Shown piece by piece: positions 1-12,039 of a stretch of 64,000 nt of DNA. Position numbers and translations under genes: made by a program. The DNA lies in assembly GCF_009834535.1 (NCBI RefSeq), contig NC_045697.1, forward strand, positions 87,298,001-87,362,000, read 5' to 3'. Below the pieces are notes generated by a model. It was not told where the DNA came from, ran no database searches, and worked only from the letters and a program-made list of their open reading frames with translations. Each line of letters opens with the position of its first letter. The stretch's first letter is position 1. This stretch comes from Camelus ferus (taxonomy: Eukaryota).

Positions 1-23
1 GTAGCATCCTGCTGCTTTTCTAT

Positions 24-924
24 TTAGAATAGCCCTTTCAATATTTCTTTTAGCATGGGTTTAGTGTTGCTAAACTCCTGCAGCTTTTTTTTTGTCTGTG
101 AAACTCTTTATTTCTCCTTCTATCCTCAAGGATAGCCTTGCTGGATAAAGGATCCTAGGCTGCATCTTTTTTTCATTCAGGGCTTTGAATATATCTTGCC
201 ACTCCCTTCTGGCCTGTAGTGTTTGTGTAGAGAAATCAGCTGAGAGCCTGATGGAGGTTCCCTTGTAACTTACTCTTTGCTTTTCTCTTGCTGCCTTTAG
301 AATAATTTCTTTATCCTTGACTCTGGCCATCTTGATTATGATACGTCTTGGTGTGGGTCTATTTGGGTTCTTCCTGTTTGGGACCCTCTGAGCTTCCTGT
401 ACTTGGATATCTGATTCCTTCTTTAAGTTTGGGAAGTTTTCAGTCATGATTTCTTCAAAAACCTTTTCAATCCCCTTTGATCTTTCTTCTCCTTCTGGGA
501 CCCCTATTATGCGAAGATTGGGATGCTTTATATTATCCCATAGGTCCCTTATGCTATTTTCATTATTTTTTATTTGCTTATCTTGTAGTTCTTCTGAATG
601 GGTGCTTTCTATTGCCCTGTCTTCTAGATCACTAATTTGTCCCTCTGCATTATCTAGTCGGCTTTGCACAGCTATTAGATCATTCCTCATCTCTGTCAAT
701 GAGTTTACCCATTCTACTTGGCTCTTTATAGCTTCAATTTCATTTTTGACATATTTTATATCTCTAAACACTATCTCTTTTAATTCCTTCAGCAATTCGA
801 TCACTCCTTTTTCGAAATCTTGATCTAGTAGGCTATCGATGTCTATTTCGTTGATCTTTCTTTCAGGGGATTTCTCTTGTTCTTTTAATTGGGAAATGTT
901 TTTCTGCTTCTTCATCTTGCTCAT
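24..924 (-). pseudogene. L1 ORF1p (RNA-binding chaperone), intact except for a +1 frameshift near the C-terminus
   Basis: Translation has L1 ORF1p motifs (LRIIGVPEGEE, ENFPNL, EAQRVP, RPTPRRIIIK, RLSADFS, ARREW, YPARLS). Removing one T from the T9 run at 85-93 restores ...TDKKKLQEFSNTKPMLKEILKGLF* ending at TAA 24-26 (299 aa). Confidence 0.92.
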
Positions 925-1429
925 ACCTCTCTTGTACTGTGGTTTATGGAGTATCAGTTGTTTATTTTGGTCCTTAAGGATTTTATCTATCTAATGCCTA
1001 TTTAGGAATAGAACTTAGGAAAAAAAGAAAAAAAAATAAGAGAGAGAGAGAAAGAATTTTAAAAGAAGGGAGAAAGAGGGTTTGAAAACAGTGTATAATG
1101 AATAATAGAAGAGTGAGTTGAAGCAGAGTATTAATCGGGTTGAGACGTCCTTTTAAAACCTTTACAAAAAAAGGGGGGGGGGGGAGATGAATAGATGTAT
1201 TTGAAACCTGTGTCTAATCAATAGCAGGACATCAAAATCCAAGAGAAATAGAAATGAATTAAGGAGTAAAAATTAAGAGAGTAATAGAAAATAGAACAGG
1301 TAAAAACAGATTTAAAAAAAAAGGGGGGGGTTTTGTCGGTGTTCTCCTGGAGTCTGTGTGTTTTTAATGTGAAGTCTTTCTGTCTTCGTCCTGTTTTGGA
1401 AGCTCAGCTTGCTGTTTTCAGAGGCCCTC

Positions 1430-2626
1430 CGTTGGCGCCCTCTTCTGTGCTGCTCCCAGCACCTGTCGGCAAGCAGATCGCGCCTCCTCCTAACACTGGG
1501 TCAGGTGCAGCTCTCTGCTGTGGGCGGGCGGGTCGCTGCCCCTCCGGATGCCGCAGTCAGATGTTGCAGACTGGCCAGGTAGGAGGGCGGGTCGTGCCCC
1601 CTCCCAGCACCTCGGTCAGGGGCTGTGTTCCTGCCCCAAAGGCGGGGGGGGGGGGGGGGGGGAGCGCTCTCCCTCTACCTGCGCCGCCGGTAGCTCCGCT
1701 CTCTGTGCAGCTTCGCGCTCAGCCCTGGTCGGCGCTCCGCGGGTGGGCTCGGGGAAGACCGAGGGACAGCCCTGTCCCTGCTCCGAGACTAAACCCAGCT
1801 CCTTGCTTGTCTTTGTGGAGCAAGTTCTCTGAGGGACCAGGATGGAAGGATCCTATCTGCCCCAGGCTGCAGGCCAGTCTCAGTCTGGCCTTTGAGGCTG
1901 CTAAGCCCTTCCGTGGGGATGCAGGTTTCGCCCCCGCCCCCCCGCCTCCCCGCCTCCCCGCCTGGGTGCTCAGCGCGGAGGATATAGCGGCTGTTCCTGA
2001 GCCCCACCTCTCTTCCCCCGAAAACTTTCCGCGGGTTTTCAGAGATGGGGGTGTGCACCCTTCCCCCAAGAGCACATCAACCTTGCTGTTTTATGGAGGG
2101 CCCAGGTTGTTCTGCCCTGTGCACCCACAGTCACAGCGTGCAGCCCCTTGCGTTCCCCCGGGGCTGCCTCCGTGCAGCCGCCCCCGTCCTCCGCTCAGCT
2201 TGTGCAGCCTGGCCCTGCCCGCCGCTGCCGGCCTGCGTCTCAGGCTGGGTGTCGGGGGGACGCTCTGTGCCCGTTTAACTTAGTTCTGTTAGTCAAGGGC
2301 TGCTCTGTACAGATCCGAGCCTCGGAGGCTCCCCCTCCGTCCCGCTGGCCTCTCAGTTGGAGAGGGGAGACCCAGCGAGCGAGCGCCAGTCCTCCTTTGC
2401 CGCTCCCTCCCCGCGGGACCCGTCCCGCGCTGCTTTGCCTTTTGTTCTTTCTTTTTTCCTTTTCTCCTACCAGATTTTTGGCGTCTTTATCTTTTGAAGA
2501 GGGCGATGTTCTGTCAGAGTTCCACAGGTGCTCTGGTTGGCTGAGTGGGTCTGTAGATGTGGGTCTTGGTGTATTTGTGGGAGAGGGTGACCTGCGAGCG
2601 TCCTTCTACTCCGCCATCTTCTCCCG
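1430..2626 (-). promoter_or_regulatory. L1 internal promoter CpG island with a YY1 site near the 5' end
   Basis: Dense CpG and high GC. CCGCCATCTT at 2611-2620 is AAGATGGCGG on the minus strand, the YY1 motif known at L1 5' ends. Confidence 0.85.
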
Positions 2627-2699
2627 ATTTTCAACTTTAGAATCAGTCCATAGACAAAGTTCAATTATGGTTACAGAACAGAAGGTAAAATTTATCAAA

Positions 2700-3125
2700 C
2701 CAACAATAATAAAATAGAGAAGAAGAAGGGAACAGAGGAGTACATTGAAGAAAATGACATTAATATCCTAATCTTGCAAAGTATGGAATCAAGATGTATA
2801 CTGTCTGTAGTCAATGGAACAAGAAGTAGAGGTTAAAGTATGTTGTTTAATGTTACAAAGTAAAAAAGGAAAGTGGAGGCATAAATAAGCTAAATATACA
2901 TGTATCATAATAAAACATCAATAGGTGATGTCTGAAGTTGATAAATCAAGATTTAAAGATAACCAACGACCGGAAGAATTTTTTTTTAAGTGTTAGAAAT
3001 TGTTAGTCTGGGGAGTAGAATGGGGGAGAGCAAGGGGCTATTGCTTTTTTTTTGGTAACCAATTCTTTATTTATTTTCACCATATGCTTGTATTACTTTA
3101 ATTTAGAAAAATAAATTTTGATTTG
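2700..3125 (+). mobile_element. Old L1M 3' fragment (L1ME/L1MC-like)
   Basis: A-rich degenerate sequence ending ...atgcttgtattactttaat...aaaataaa, resembling old L1 3' ends. Confidence 0.4.
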
Positions 3126-4002
3126 AAGAAGAACAGAAGGAAAAAAATGCTACCATATTATGGACCTGCTTCACATTATCTTCATATATTTCTAAGATGA
3201 GTTGAAGTACCTTGACCAAAACATAGCAAACCAGTCAAAACCTCAAGGTGGCAGAACCTCTTAGTTTATCATGGGTAACCCATGGAAAAATTCAGCTTGC
3301 CTCCTGAAGTTTCCAGGATGAAGTCTAACCCTCTCTGAAGGAACAGAAGTTTCAGCATAAATGGTGAAGAAAACTATGAGAGCCCTTTAGGAAGTCCAGA
3401 AAGGGAAATAAATGCAGTGAAACTTTGAAGGAAGTAACACATCCAGTGGGAGAAGATCAGAAAGTCTTTACATAAGAGTTAACATTTTGATGGGCCTTTA
3501 AAAGATAAGTATAATTTTGTAAGGAGACTGTGAAAGAGAATGCATTTTAGGCAGACAGAGAGTTAGAGAAGGATGCATCTCAAGCCTGGATATACACTGA
3601 GAAATGGGCTGTGTTGAGTAGTGTTTGAAGGTAAGGGTCTAAAAGTGGATGAGGATTATATTGTAGGGAACCTAGAATACATTCATGGCTGGAAGCTTGT
3701 CATTTAATAGGTAAGCAGCAATGAACTTTTGGAGAGTTTTGAAGTGATATCAGAGCTATGATTTAGGAAATTTAATCTGGGAACAAGATAACTAGTCAGA
3801 AAACTATTACACAGTGAGAGCAGTAGAAAGTAGAAAGAAGACATAGCAAATGAAAAAAGAAAGCAATGAAAATAAATGACAATTACAGTAGTTAGTAATT
3901 GATGAATAAAAAGGACTTAAAGTCAAGCATCGAAACTGACTAATGTTTTCAACCTGATGACTAGGCAAATGGCTATATCTGTATCGGCAAATATAATATA
4001 GT

Positions 4003-4330
4003 ATTTAAGTTTCTAGTTGTTGTAAGAGAAAACAGCTAGAACTAACTTGGCAAAAACAAATAAAGAATGTTTTAAAAACAGACTGTGATCTCACAGTATT
4101 TAAGGAATAAGACTTTGTAAGGTCAGGAGCAAGGAGGACTCCACAATTCTCAACAACAGGAGTTGTAACTACTCTGCAGCCGTGAATGTCCATCAGCTAC
4201 CAGCAACTCTTCTTTGTGTGTCTCAGTCCCAAAGTTCCTGGAGAAAGAATCTGATTGGCCCTTTCTGAGTCATGTGTCTGCCCCTGAACTAATTAGTGGG
4301 GGGCAACGGGGCAGTGGCACACAAAAGTCA
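4003..4330 (-). mobile_element. Old MaLR LTR fragment (MLT1K/L-like)
   Basis: gagaaagaatctgattggccc...gtcatgtgtctgcccctg and the terminal ttgttgtaagagaaaac resemble a reverse-oriented MLT1. Confidence 0.45.
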
Positions 4331-6554
4331 TAACTGAATAGATATGGCTGCTAGAGAACTAATTTCCCACAGAATTGGAAAATATTATGAGCTAGGCCAT
4401 AAATCATTGACTAAATGTATCTAGTCTATTGAGTATGTAGCTTAGGCACACTTACCTTCCCATACTTCCATCAGTATGTGAAACATAATACCTTGTTATT
4501 CCATAAACAACTATAACTTACGTGCCTTACGTAGCTGCAGGATTGACAGATCCGGACAGAGGGTGTTGTCCTGTCTGTGCTCCCACACCAGTTCATCATG
4601 AACTCAGCTTTGTCGTCTTTGCCTGTTATACCTAGTACTACCCCCATCCATCCTGAGAGTGGGACTGAGAGTGTGCCACAAACAATACCTGGCTTAGTTT
4701 CCCTACTGCAGGGGGTATGTTTTAATTAAATACCTCTAGTTGTGGTGGGAAGGGCAGAGTTAAGATAAACATGACTAGTAGCCCAGATAATAACCCATGT
4801 GTAGGAATATTAGGGCCTAAACTTATATTGGTTAAGGATGGTAAAAATGAGGGTAGCTTCATAAAACATTTAGAAACAAGACTTAAGGATTAATTAGTTA
4901 GGAAGATAATACAAGAATCAAAGGTAACTCTCAGATAAGCTACCTTGGGTGCCATCAAGTAAGAGGAAAAAAATATAGGTCAGTTTGAGGATAGAAGTAA
5001 TAAGTATTACTGAATCCATATATAATGAACTCTCAAAAGCTTGTGTTTTACCCTTTATTATGCGTAGTACAATGCATAATAAAATCAGATCCCTCTTTTT
5101 GAAATAAAATATACAGAAACCCCAACTTTGGAAAAGTAAACATTCTGAGTTCGAGGCATCTGTGGAACATCTCAGTAGAGTTGGCATCCAGACCTGTTTT
5201 CATTTTGCTTGAATCTCTCCCTGATCCATTGAAAATATGATCCATTGTGTAAAATTCTAATTAATATAGATCTAATGCATAAAGAGCAGGAGAAGCTCTG
5301 TATGTGTGGATGGTCATGTACTTAACTGTAAATTAATACTGTTTTCTAGATAGGAAAGTAAGATTGAAGATACTGAGTTGACGAGTAACTCGTTAGTCTC
5401 CTGGCTTTCCATAATTACTGTTTAGGTCGGGACCTCTCCCTGGTGGTGGTCTTGTCTGTGCAACATTTTTGCCCATTAGGCTTCTACTGGAGCTTTTTCT
5501 TACTTTCTGACCTGCGTGATAATCTAGTCTCATAGTCACTATCACAAAGAAGTATGTCACTTGTCTATGTAGTATGTTACTTATAACTGAATGTGATCTT
5601 AAAGTGTTTTCTGAATTATTTTAATACTTCTACACAGATTTGAGAACCATTTACATTTTCCAGAAATAATGCCTTTGCAATACAGTGTTAAAGCTTCCAA
5701 ATCTTAGACTGGATTGATTGAGCAAAGAAGGCTCTCAGTGCCTGGCCCACAGCTTGTACTTTAATAAATGTTTAATGAGTGGAAGACTGAATGCATGCAA
5801 TGTTATTTTTGTGAACGTTTACCACACTGAAAACTCCCAGTTTCTCTGGAAAGAAGTGGTGTGTGTTCTTTTTGGAATATCTGAAATGGTTGTATCTTAA
5901 CTATGGTAACAAATACTTTTGTGAGTCGCAGGCACTCAAAGGCAATCACTGGACATAAACAGACTTCACTCACTTCCTTTTACCTTGCGTTTGAGTTTTA
6001 ATATTTGGTGGTAACACGTTGCGTTTGGTGCTGGTTTGGGCAAGGTTCAAATTAATTATATAAAAGAGTTCATTTAAAAAAAACCCTATCAAATCCTGTT
6101 ACCCAGTTTTCTAGTTCATATGCTTTAGGAACTGATTTAATCTGGAAATGGTAATTGGACTCCTCACTGGAATAGTCCCTGTATCTTGACAGGCTGTCTT
6201 GTAATGAAAGGAAATCATTCCCATCTGAAAGAACTTGAGGCGAGAATCTAGAATGAAGAACTGTAGTCCATTTCACCAGAGTGCTGGCAGCACTGTGGTC
6301 TGAAACATTTTGGTCAGAGTCAAATTTACTGAGGGTCATAATTTCCGGTAAGAGGAATCCCAGAGTAAGTTGCTAGATGGGTCAGAATAAAAAGGCAGCT
6401 CACAGACCATGTGATTAAGTACATTTGCTTTTATTTCTTGTGCAGCTATATTGCATTCATATCCAAGTATGCTGGAAATAGTTTGTATTTTAATTGAATT
6501 ATATTCTCCTTAATTTTTTCTGCAGTGCTTTTTCCTTGGTTTCTTGGATGGTTG

Positions 6555-6665
6555 TTTTTTCTTTTTCTTTTTCTTTTTCTTTTTCTTTTTCTTTTTCTTT
6601 TTCTTTTTCTTTTTCTTTTTCTTTTTCTTTTTCTTTTTCTTTTTCTTTTTCTTTTTCTTTTTTTT
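6555..6665 (+). repeat. (TTTTTC)n microsatellite, about 18 units
   Basis: Near-perfect hexamer array read directly. Confidence 0.98.
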
Positions 6666-7409
6666 ACCTTCTCCAGTTTCTACCATTCTCACCTCATGTG
6701 TGTTCCAGTTAAATGTAAATAACCACAAACAGCCACACTCTGCAAAGTGTCCCTTTTCTACCTTTGAGTTTACACATTCATTTTTCCGGTAAATGACTTT
6801 GGGTCCTACACAAGTGATGAGACCCCTGGAGGTAGTGCAGATGAGTTTGCAAGCAGTGTTTGCATAAAGCTCTGGTAGCCTCTTCTGTCTGTTTGGTTTA
6901 TTCTTTTAAGCTGTCTTCCCTACAGCTGTTTTGTTCATTATTGTAGTCTCTCTTTGGGGCCAGGAAAATGACTTGGAGGGATAAGAAAGTCCTGTGGCAA
7001 TCCACTTATATTCTTAGCTCACTGACTTAATTGGCTAATCGTTTAATTTTTGTTTATGAAACTATAAAAATATAAAGCATATGAGAAATACATAGGTACA
7101 ATACTGATGCTTTTTTATGAGTATGTACATTACAGAAATTAGTTGTTTCAACATTAGGGTAAGTTATATGCTGTAGTTTTAAGGGGAAATTTTATATCTC
7201 AACTTATATGTTTCTTATATAAATGGTACTTTGCATCTTGTGGACACTGAAATGGACCTCAGGATTTAGGACCGTGATTTAAAAAAAAAACAAAAAACTG
7301 AAATTTATTAATTATTCCCTTAGTGTGAGTTCACATTATCTCTGGTCAAAAAGACAGTTTCTTTTAAATCTTCAACTGGAAGAAATGTACATAAAAATAT
7401 ATACAAATG

Positions 7410-7585
7410 AGTAGTATGACAGAGAGATGAAGAACTCAGTCTCCGGAATTAGGCACCCCTGGGTTAGAATCCGATGTCTGACATTTACTATCTCTGTGAC
7501 CCACCCTGGGTAGTTTTCTCGTACGTGTAGTAGTCATAGTAATAGTACTTACTTTCAAGGGTGACTGTGAAGATTAAATTATTAC
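7410..7585 (+). mobile_element. MIR SINE
   Basis: cctgggttagaatcc...catttactatctctgtgacc...taatagtacttacttt...gtgaagattaaat matches the MIR core pattern. Confidence 0.65.
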
Positions 7586-8002
7586 CTAATTATTTTGTCT
7601 CTAATAGTAGCAAGCAAATGGCTGGCCAGATTTTTAAAGGATGTATGAGTCATATTTTTTATATTACTGGATGCAGCAAATAAAACCCAAATGTGACTTC
7701 TAGGGTGTTAAAACTGGATACAACATCTAAGCCAAAGTCTAACGAATATTTAGACCTACGCGCTGCCAGGGAGGAGAGCAGTACCTTTAAGTGTTGTTAG
7801 ATGTTAGAGGCCAGGCTCAGACAAATAAACGCACAGGAAGTAAACAACACCATGGATCAGTCACTTAACCTCTGGGCTTCAGTTTTTTTCATACCTGTTT
7901 GGAGGATTGTATAGGTTGCTAATTAAGATCCTGCCTGCTTTTGGCATACTTTGACTCTAAAGCAGAAGAAAGAAATTTAAAATAAAAGAGTGACTATAAA
8001 AA

Positions 8003-8575
8003 GCATGGAAGCAACCAAGATGTCCTTCAGTAGGTGAGTGGAAAAATAAACTGTGGAACATCTACGCAATGGAATATTATTTAGCACTAAAAAGAAATGA
8101 ACTATCAAGCCAGAAAAAGATATGAAGGAACCATAAATGCATAGCACTAAGACGCCAATCTGAAAGCACTATATACCACATAATTCCAAGTACATGACAT
8201 TCTGGAGGAGGCAAAACTAGGGGGACGGTAAAAAGGTCAGTGGTTGCCAGGGGTTAGGAGGGAAGGAGGTGTGAATAGGTAGGGCACAGAGGATTTCAGA
8301 GTATGAAAGTATTCTGTGTGTTGCTATCTTGGTGGATACACATCATCAGTATATTTGAACAATTCTGTAGAGTGTACAACACCGAGAGTAAACCCTGATA
8401 CAACCTCTGGACTTTGGGTGATAACGGTGTCAGTGCAGGTTCATCGATTATAACCAGCGTACCACTCTGGTGGGACATGCTGATGGTGGGGGAGGCCGTG
8501 TGCACACAGGGGCAGGAGGTGTCTGTACTTTCTGCTCAGTTTTACCATGAACCTAAAACTGCTCTAAATAATAAA
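8003..8575 (+). mobile_element. L1MC-like 3' end
   Basis: ggaagcaaccaagatgtccttcagtaggtg...atggaatattatttagcactaaaaagaaatga...accactctggtggg...aacctaaaactgctctaaa; homologous to the copy at 48280-48995. Confidence 0.85.
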
Positions 8576-8981
8576 GAGTACTACTACTAATAATGATAAT
8601 ACAGGATGGGAGGAGAGGAAGAAGGAGAGAGGAAATGGGAAGGCTGCTCACTGCCTGTTTTACACACTCGGCCTTTTCTCTGTCCACGACCCTCCCTCTC
8701 CTCCACCCTCAATCGTTTCCATGTGGATGGTTAAGGCAGCATATTTCCCCACAATGAATTCCTAGAAACAGTGCCATAAAGCAGACCTCCACAAAACAGA
8801 TCATTGTTGAAAGAATTCTATTTCCTTATACAAACAATATTATAACAGAGAATTGCATTCCTTACCAGCACTTGCCATCAAATAAAAAGTACGTCCCAAA
8901 TTCTCTAAGAGAAACATGAGTATACACTACACACTGATTGGGACACTGTATGCCATGAGTGATTGGTCTATAAAAATACAC

Positions 8982-9077
8982 CTCTGGAAATAATCATGTT
9001 TTACAGCCATTTTTGGATAGTATATTCCTTTTTAAACCTTCCTTGAATCGTTGTTACCCTTAGGATACAACCTGTCT
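8982..9077 (+). repeat. Dispersed direct repeat, copy 1 (partner at 11307-11406)
   Basis: 9000-9077 aligns without gaps to 11329-11406 at 66/78 identities by hand count; a shared ctctggaaata lies upstream of both. Confidence 0.9.
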
Positions 9078-9931
9078 TGACCAGCTGGGTCCCGCAGCTA
9101 CTCCTGTGGCCAGAGGTCCAGGGCACCGGGACCAGCTTATGAAGGGTTGGCGTGACTGAGGGGCAGTTCCCTCATTTGTTCAGATTACTAAGGAGAAGAA
9201 CTGGGAATATCCCCAAAAAAAGGAAAGAGAGAGGGAAAGAGAGAAGAATGCTGTTTTCTATATCAAGGTATTGAGACATCTACCAGGATGTTTTACAAGA
9301 TTTTCCCTTTTAACGCAGAAAGGGAACATCACTGTTTGTTCTCCAACGGAACATTTGATGTATAAAAATTATTTTGCTTCACAAAGACTATGAACGTAGA
9401 TGCTCTGCACTTTTATATTTCCTTTGTTTCTGGAAGTCTAGGTCAGATGCTCCATAAAGTTTTTATCACCATGTGATCTGTATAGCATATGTTCCACCAG
9501 CAAATCCTTCTAGTCACCAGCTCTCTGGTTTCCATAGAGGTGATGATGGAAATTTATGTGTAATTCCAGACTAGCATTATGCTGCAAAGGATGTTTGTAA
9601 AATATTAAACTCTGATAAAGGGAATAATATTTTATATCATTCTTGATTCCTAAATGATGGTGAATATTAATGGTTTTAGAGCATTTGGCTTCAAAATTTC
9701 TTATTATATAAACTTTGATTTCATAGCTGTATCAGTATCCTGCCAGAAAAAAAGTAGAGATGCTTGTTTTTTTCATAGGGTTAGAGAGAATCTACTGTAT
9801 CTTCCAAATAAATGCTTTCAACCATTACTACCATCTTGTTGTTCAGCTGCTGACAAAAAGAATGGCAGTTTTATTACTCAGAATCCCCAATTTGAGTCAA
9901 GCCCAGTTTCATAAGAATGTTCTATCTAAAT

Positions 9932-10239
9932 CAGGGGGTCAGCAGACGATGGTCTGCAGGTCAGCTATGTCCCACAGTCTGTTTTGTAAGCTAAGAATAG
10001 TTCTGTGTATTTTTAAGTGATTGAAGAATAATCAAAAGAAGGGAAAAATACATGACGTTCTCATTTCAGTGTCTGTAAAGCTGCGTTGGCTCGCAGCCGC
10101 AGCTCATTCATTTACACGCTGCCCGTGGCTGCTTCCACACGACAAGGGTATTTGAGTAGCTACTGGAGGGACTGTGTTCCCCACAAAGCCTGAAATATTT
10201 GCTCTACGGCCCTTGACAGGATAAATTTGCTGGCCCTCG
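9932..10239 (+). mobile_element. hAT-Charlie MITE, MER58B-like, with 8-bp TSD
   Basis: Begins caggggg, contains gctaagaatagtt and aaagcctgaaatattt, ends tttgctggccctcg. Flanks are atctaaat (9924-9931) and atctaagt (10240-10247). Confidence 0.85.
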
Positions 10240-11306
10240 ATCTAAGTAATTTTTCCACCATCTGCCACTCTACCTACACACTTAGATTCATATTCTCTCT
10301 CTGGCTCTCTTCCTCCCTCCCCCCACACCCCCTTCTCTTCCTCTTCACATATATCATTTTAATTTTGGCAACAGCAATTACAAAGAAATCAAGCTGTGAG
10401 CCTACAGTAAATGGTAAGCGGAAACACGTTTTAATTTCCCTTTGGCTTGTCAACTCTCTCCTCCCTGTCTGCTTTCCCTTTCCTCTACTGCCTTGATATA
10501 GAATTTCTCAGGCCATACCATTTTCCAAACATACTTTGATTTTAAGGTGGGGATAGATCTTGATACATTTTTTAACTTCCATGGAAAGTGCCCTGTTAGT
10601 ATGTGGTCCCATTTTTAACCTATTTGTAGACACCCCCGATTATCTAAAATCACTTTCACATGGGGCTGAGGTTAAGCTTTATTTCTCTTGGCGTGTCCCT
10701 GCCATAGCAGACACTTCCTCTTTGCCTTGAAAGGACAAAACGATGTTCAGCTGTCTGGGCTTAGGCCCAGTATTTGATTTATACATTATTTAATTTCCTC
10801 CTGAAAATTGGAAGCAGGACTTTCAGGAATGGAAGTCAGTATTCTTCATTTGTTTAAGAACACTTTTAGGTCTAATATAATCATCAGTAGTAGATGTCAG
10901 CATGATTGGGGGGTGACTTAAGGTAAAGCAAATAAAGCGTGAATACAAAGGAAACTTATTTGACAATGGAGATCTGAAATTTTTGAATGATCATTACTAT
11001 ATTGTTGATAGGCTTTCTGTGTGCTAGTGTTCGTTCAACAAACTTGTTTTTGCTACATTTGGGGGCACCTGTCTTTACCCACTGGAGGAAAGACCTCTAA
11101 CCATTATGTTAGAGTTGAAATTGTCAGGGAGTTGGGAGTTTGAGAACTTAAGATAACCATTCCAGTAATTTTACAGAGGATTTTTGGTTTCTGTCTGAGC
11201 TGCTACTGCATTTATCTCCACAATTAACTTCACAAGCGTGCCAGGATATGAATGCCAAACTGGTCTGAAATTCTTACAGCAGTGAACTCAGGAAATTAAA
11301 AATTAA

Positions 11307-11406
11307 CTCTGGAAATACCATTTCTTGCTTTACATCCACTTTTGGATAGTGTATGCCTTTCTAAACCTCCCTTAGATCACTGTTACTCTTAGGTTACAAC
11401 CTGTCT
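11307..11406 (+). repeat. Dispersed direct repeat, copy 2
   Basis: See copy 1 at 8982-9077. Confidence 0.9.
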
Positions 11407-11780
11407 CCTTTTTACCACCACAGTTCTTAAAAGTCTGGCGCACCTACCGCCTCCACTTCCTCCCTCCTCCTTCACCTCTCAAACCCGGGCAGCCTGGCCT
11501 CTTGCTCCCCCCGCACAGCCGAGCTGGTAGCAACACTGCTTCCTCATCTTCAGTGCATCCTCCGCTTCCCCGGCCTTTCTGCCCCTCCTGCTGGAATTCC
11601 TACCCCCTTCCTGAAACCCTCTCCCAGCTTTCACTTGGACCGTCGTCTTCCTCTCCTTCTTCCCGTCTTTTACAAACTCTGCTAGTATCACGCTAAGCTG
11701 AAGTGCTCCCCAAGTTCTGCTCCTTGGATCCCTTCTTTCCCTATACTCTTAGCCTTTTCCTTCTCATCCTTCCTCAGTTC
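11407..11780 (+). mobile_element. L2 internal fragment
   Basis: Pyrimidine-rich sequence with L2-like ctccacttcctc and ccaagttctgctccttggatcccttctt segments. Confidence 0.5.
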
Positions 11781-12039
11781 CTGAGACATTTGAGGAGAAT
11801 CTGGAGGCTGTAAGGAGCAGTTTGAAAAGCATCCAGTCCTGGGAGACCACTTCTAAGTCTCTGATTACAGCGGCCCGCCGTGTGCCTTGCTCGGGAGCGC
11901 TCCTCCACATGGAGAGCCTCCCTGCCCATCCGCCATCCCTGCGTTCTCACATTCCTTTCAAACTCATTCCTCAAGGATCTACTCTTTGATGCTACTGAGC
12001 TCCCAGTGGATGTTTTCTCTTCCTCATCTGAGCTACAGT

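Larger units (their letters stand above)
1..2626 (-). mobile_element. Young LINE-1, 5' portion (5' UTR + ORF1); continues beyond the left edge of the window
   Basis: ORF1p-like ORF at 70-924, CpG-rich 5' UTR at about 1430-2620, and a 5' terminus GGGAGAAGATGGCGG typical of L1 starts. Antisense to the host gene. Confidence 0.95.

Noticed and set aside
446..823. 125-aa ORF on the + strand
   Set aside because: Antisense shadow of L1 ORF1.
6494..6792. Poly-K, poly-F, (FS)n and (FL)n ORFs
   Set aside because: They are translations of the (TTTTTC)n microsatellite.
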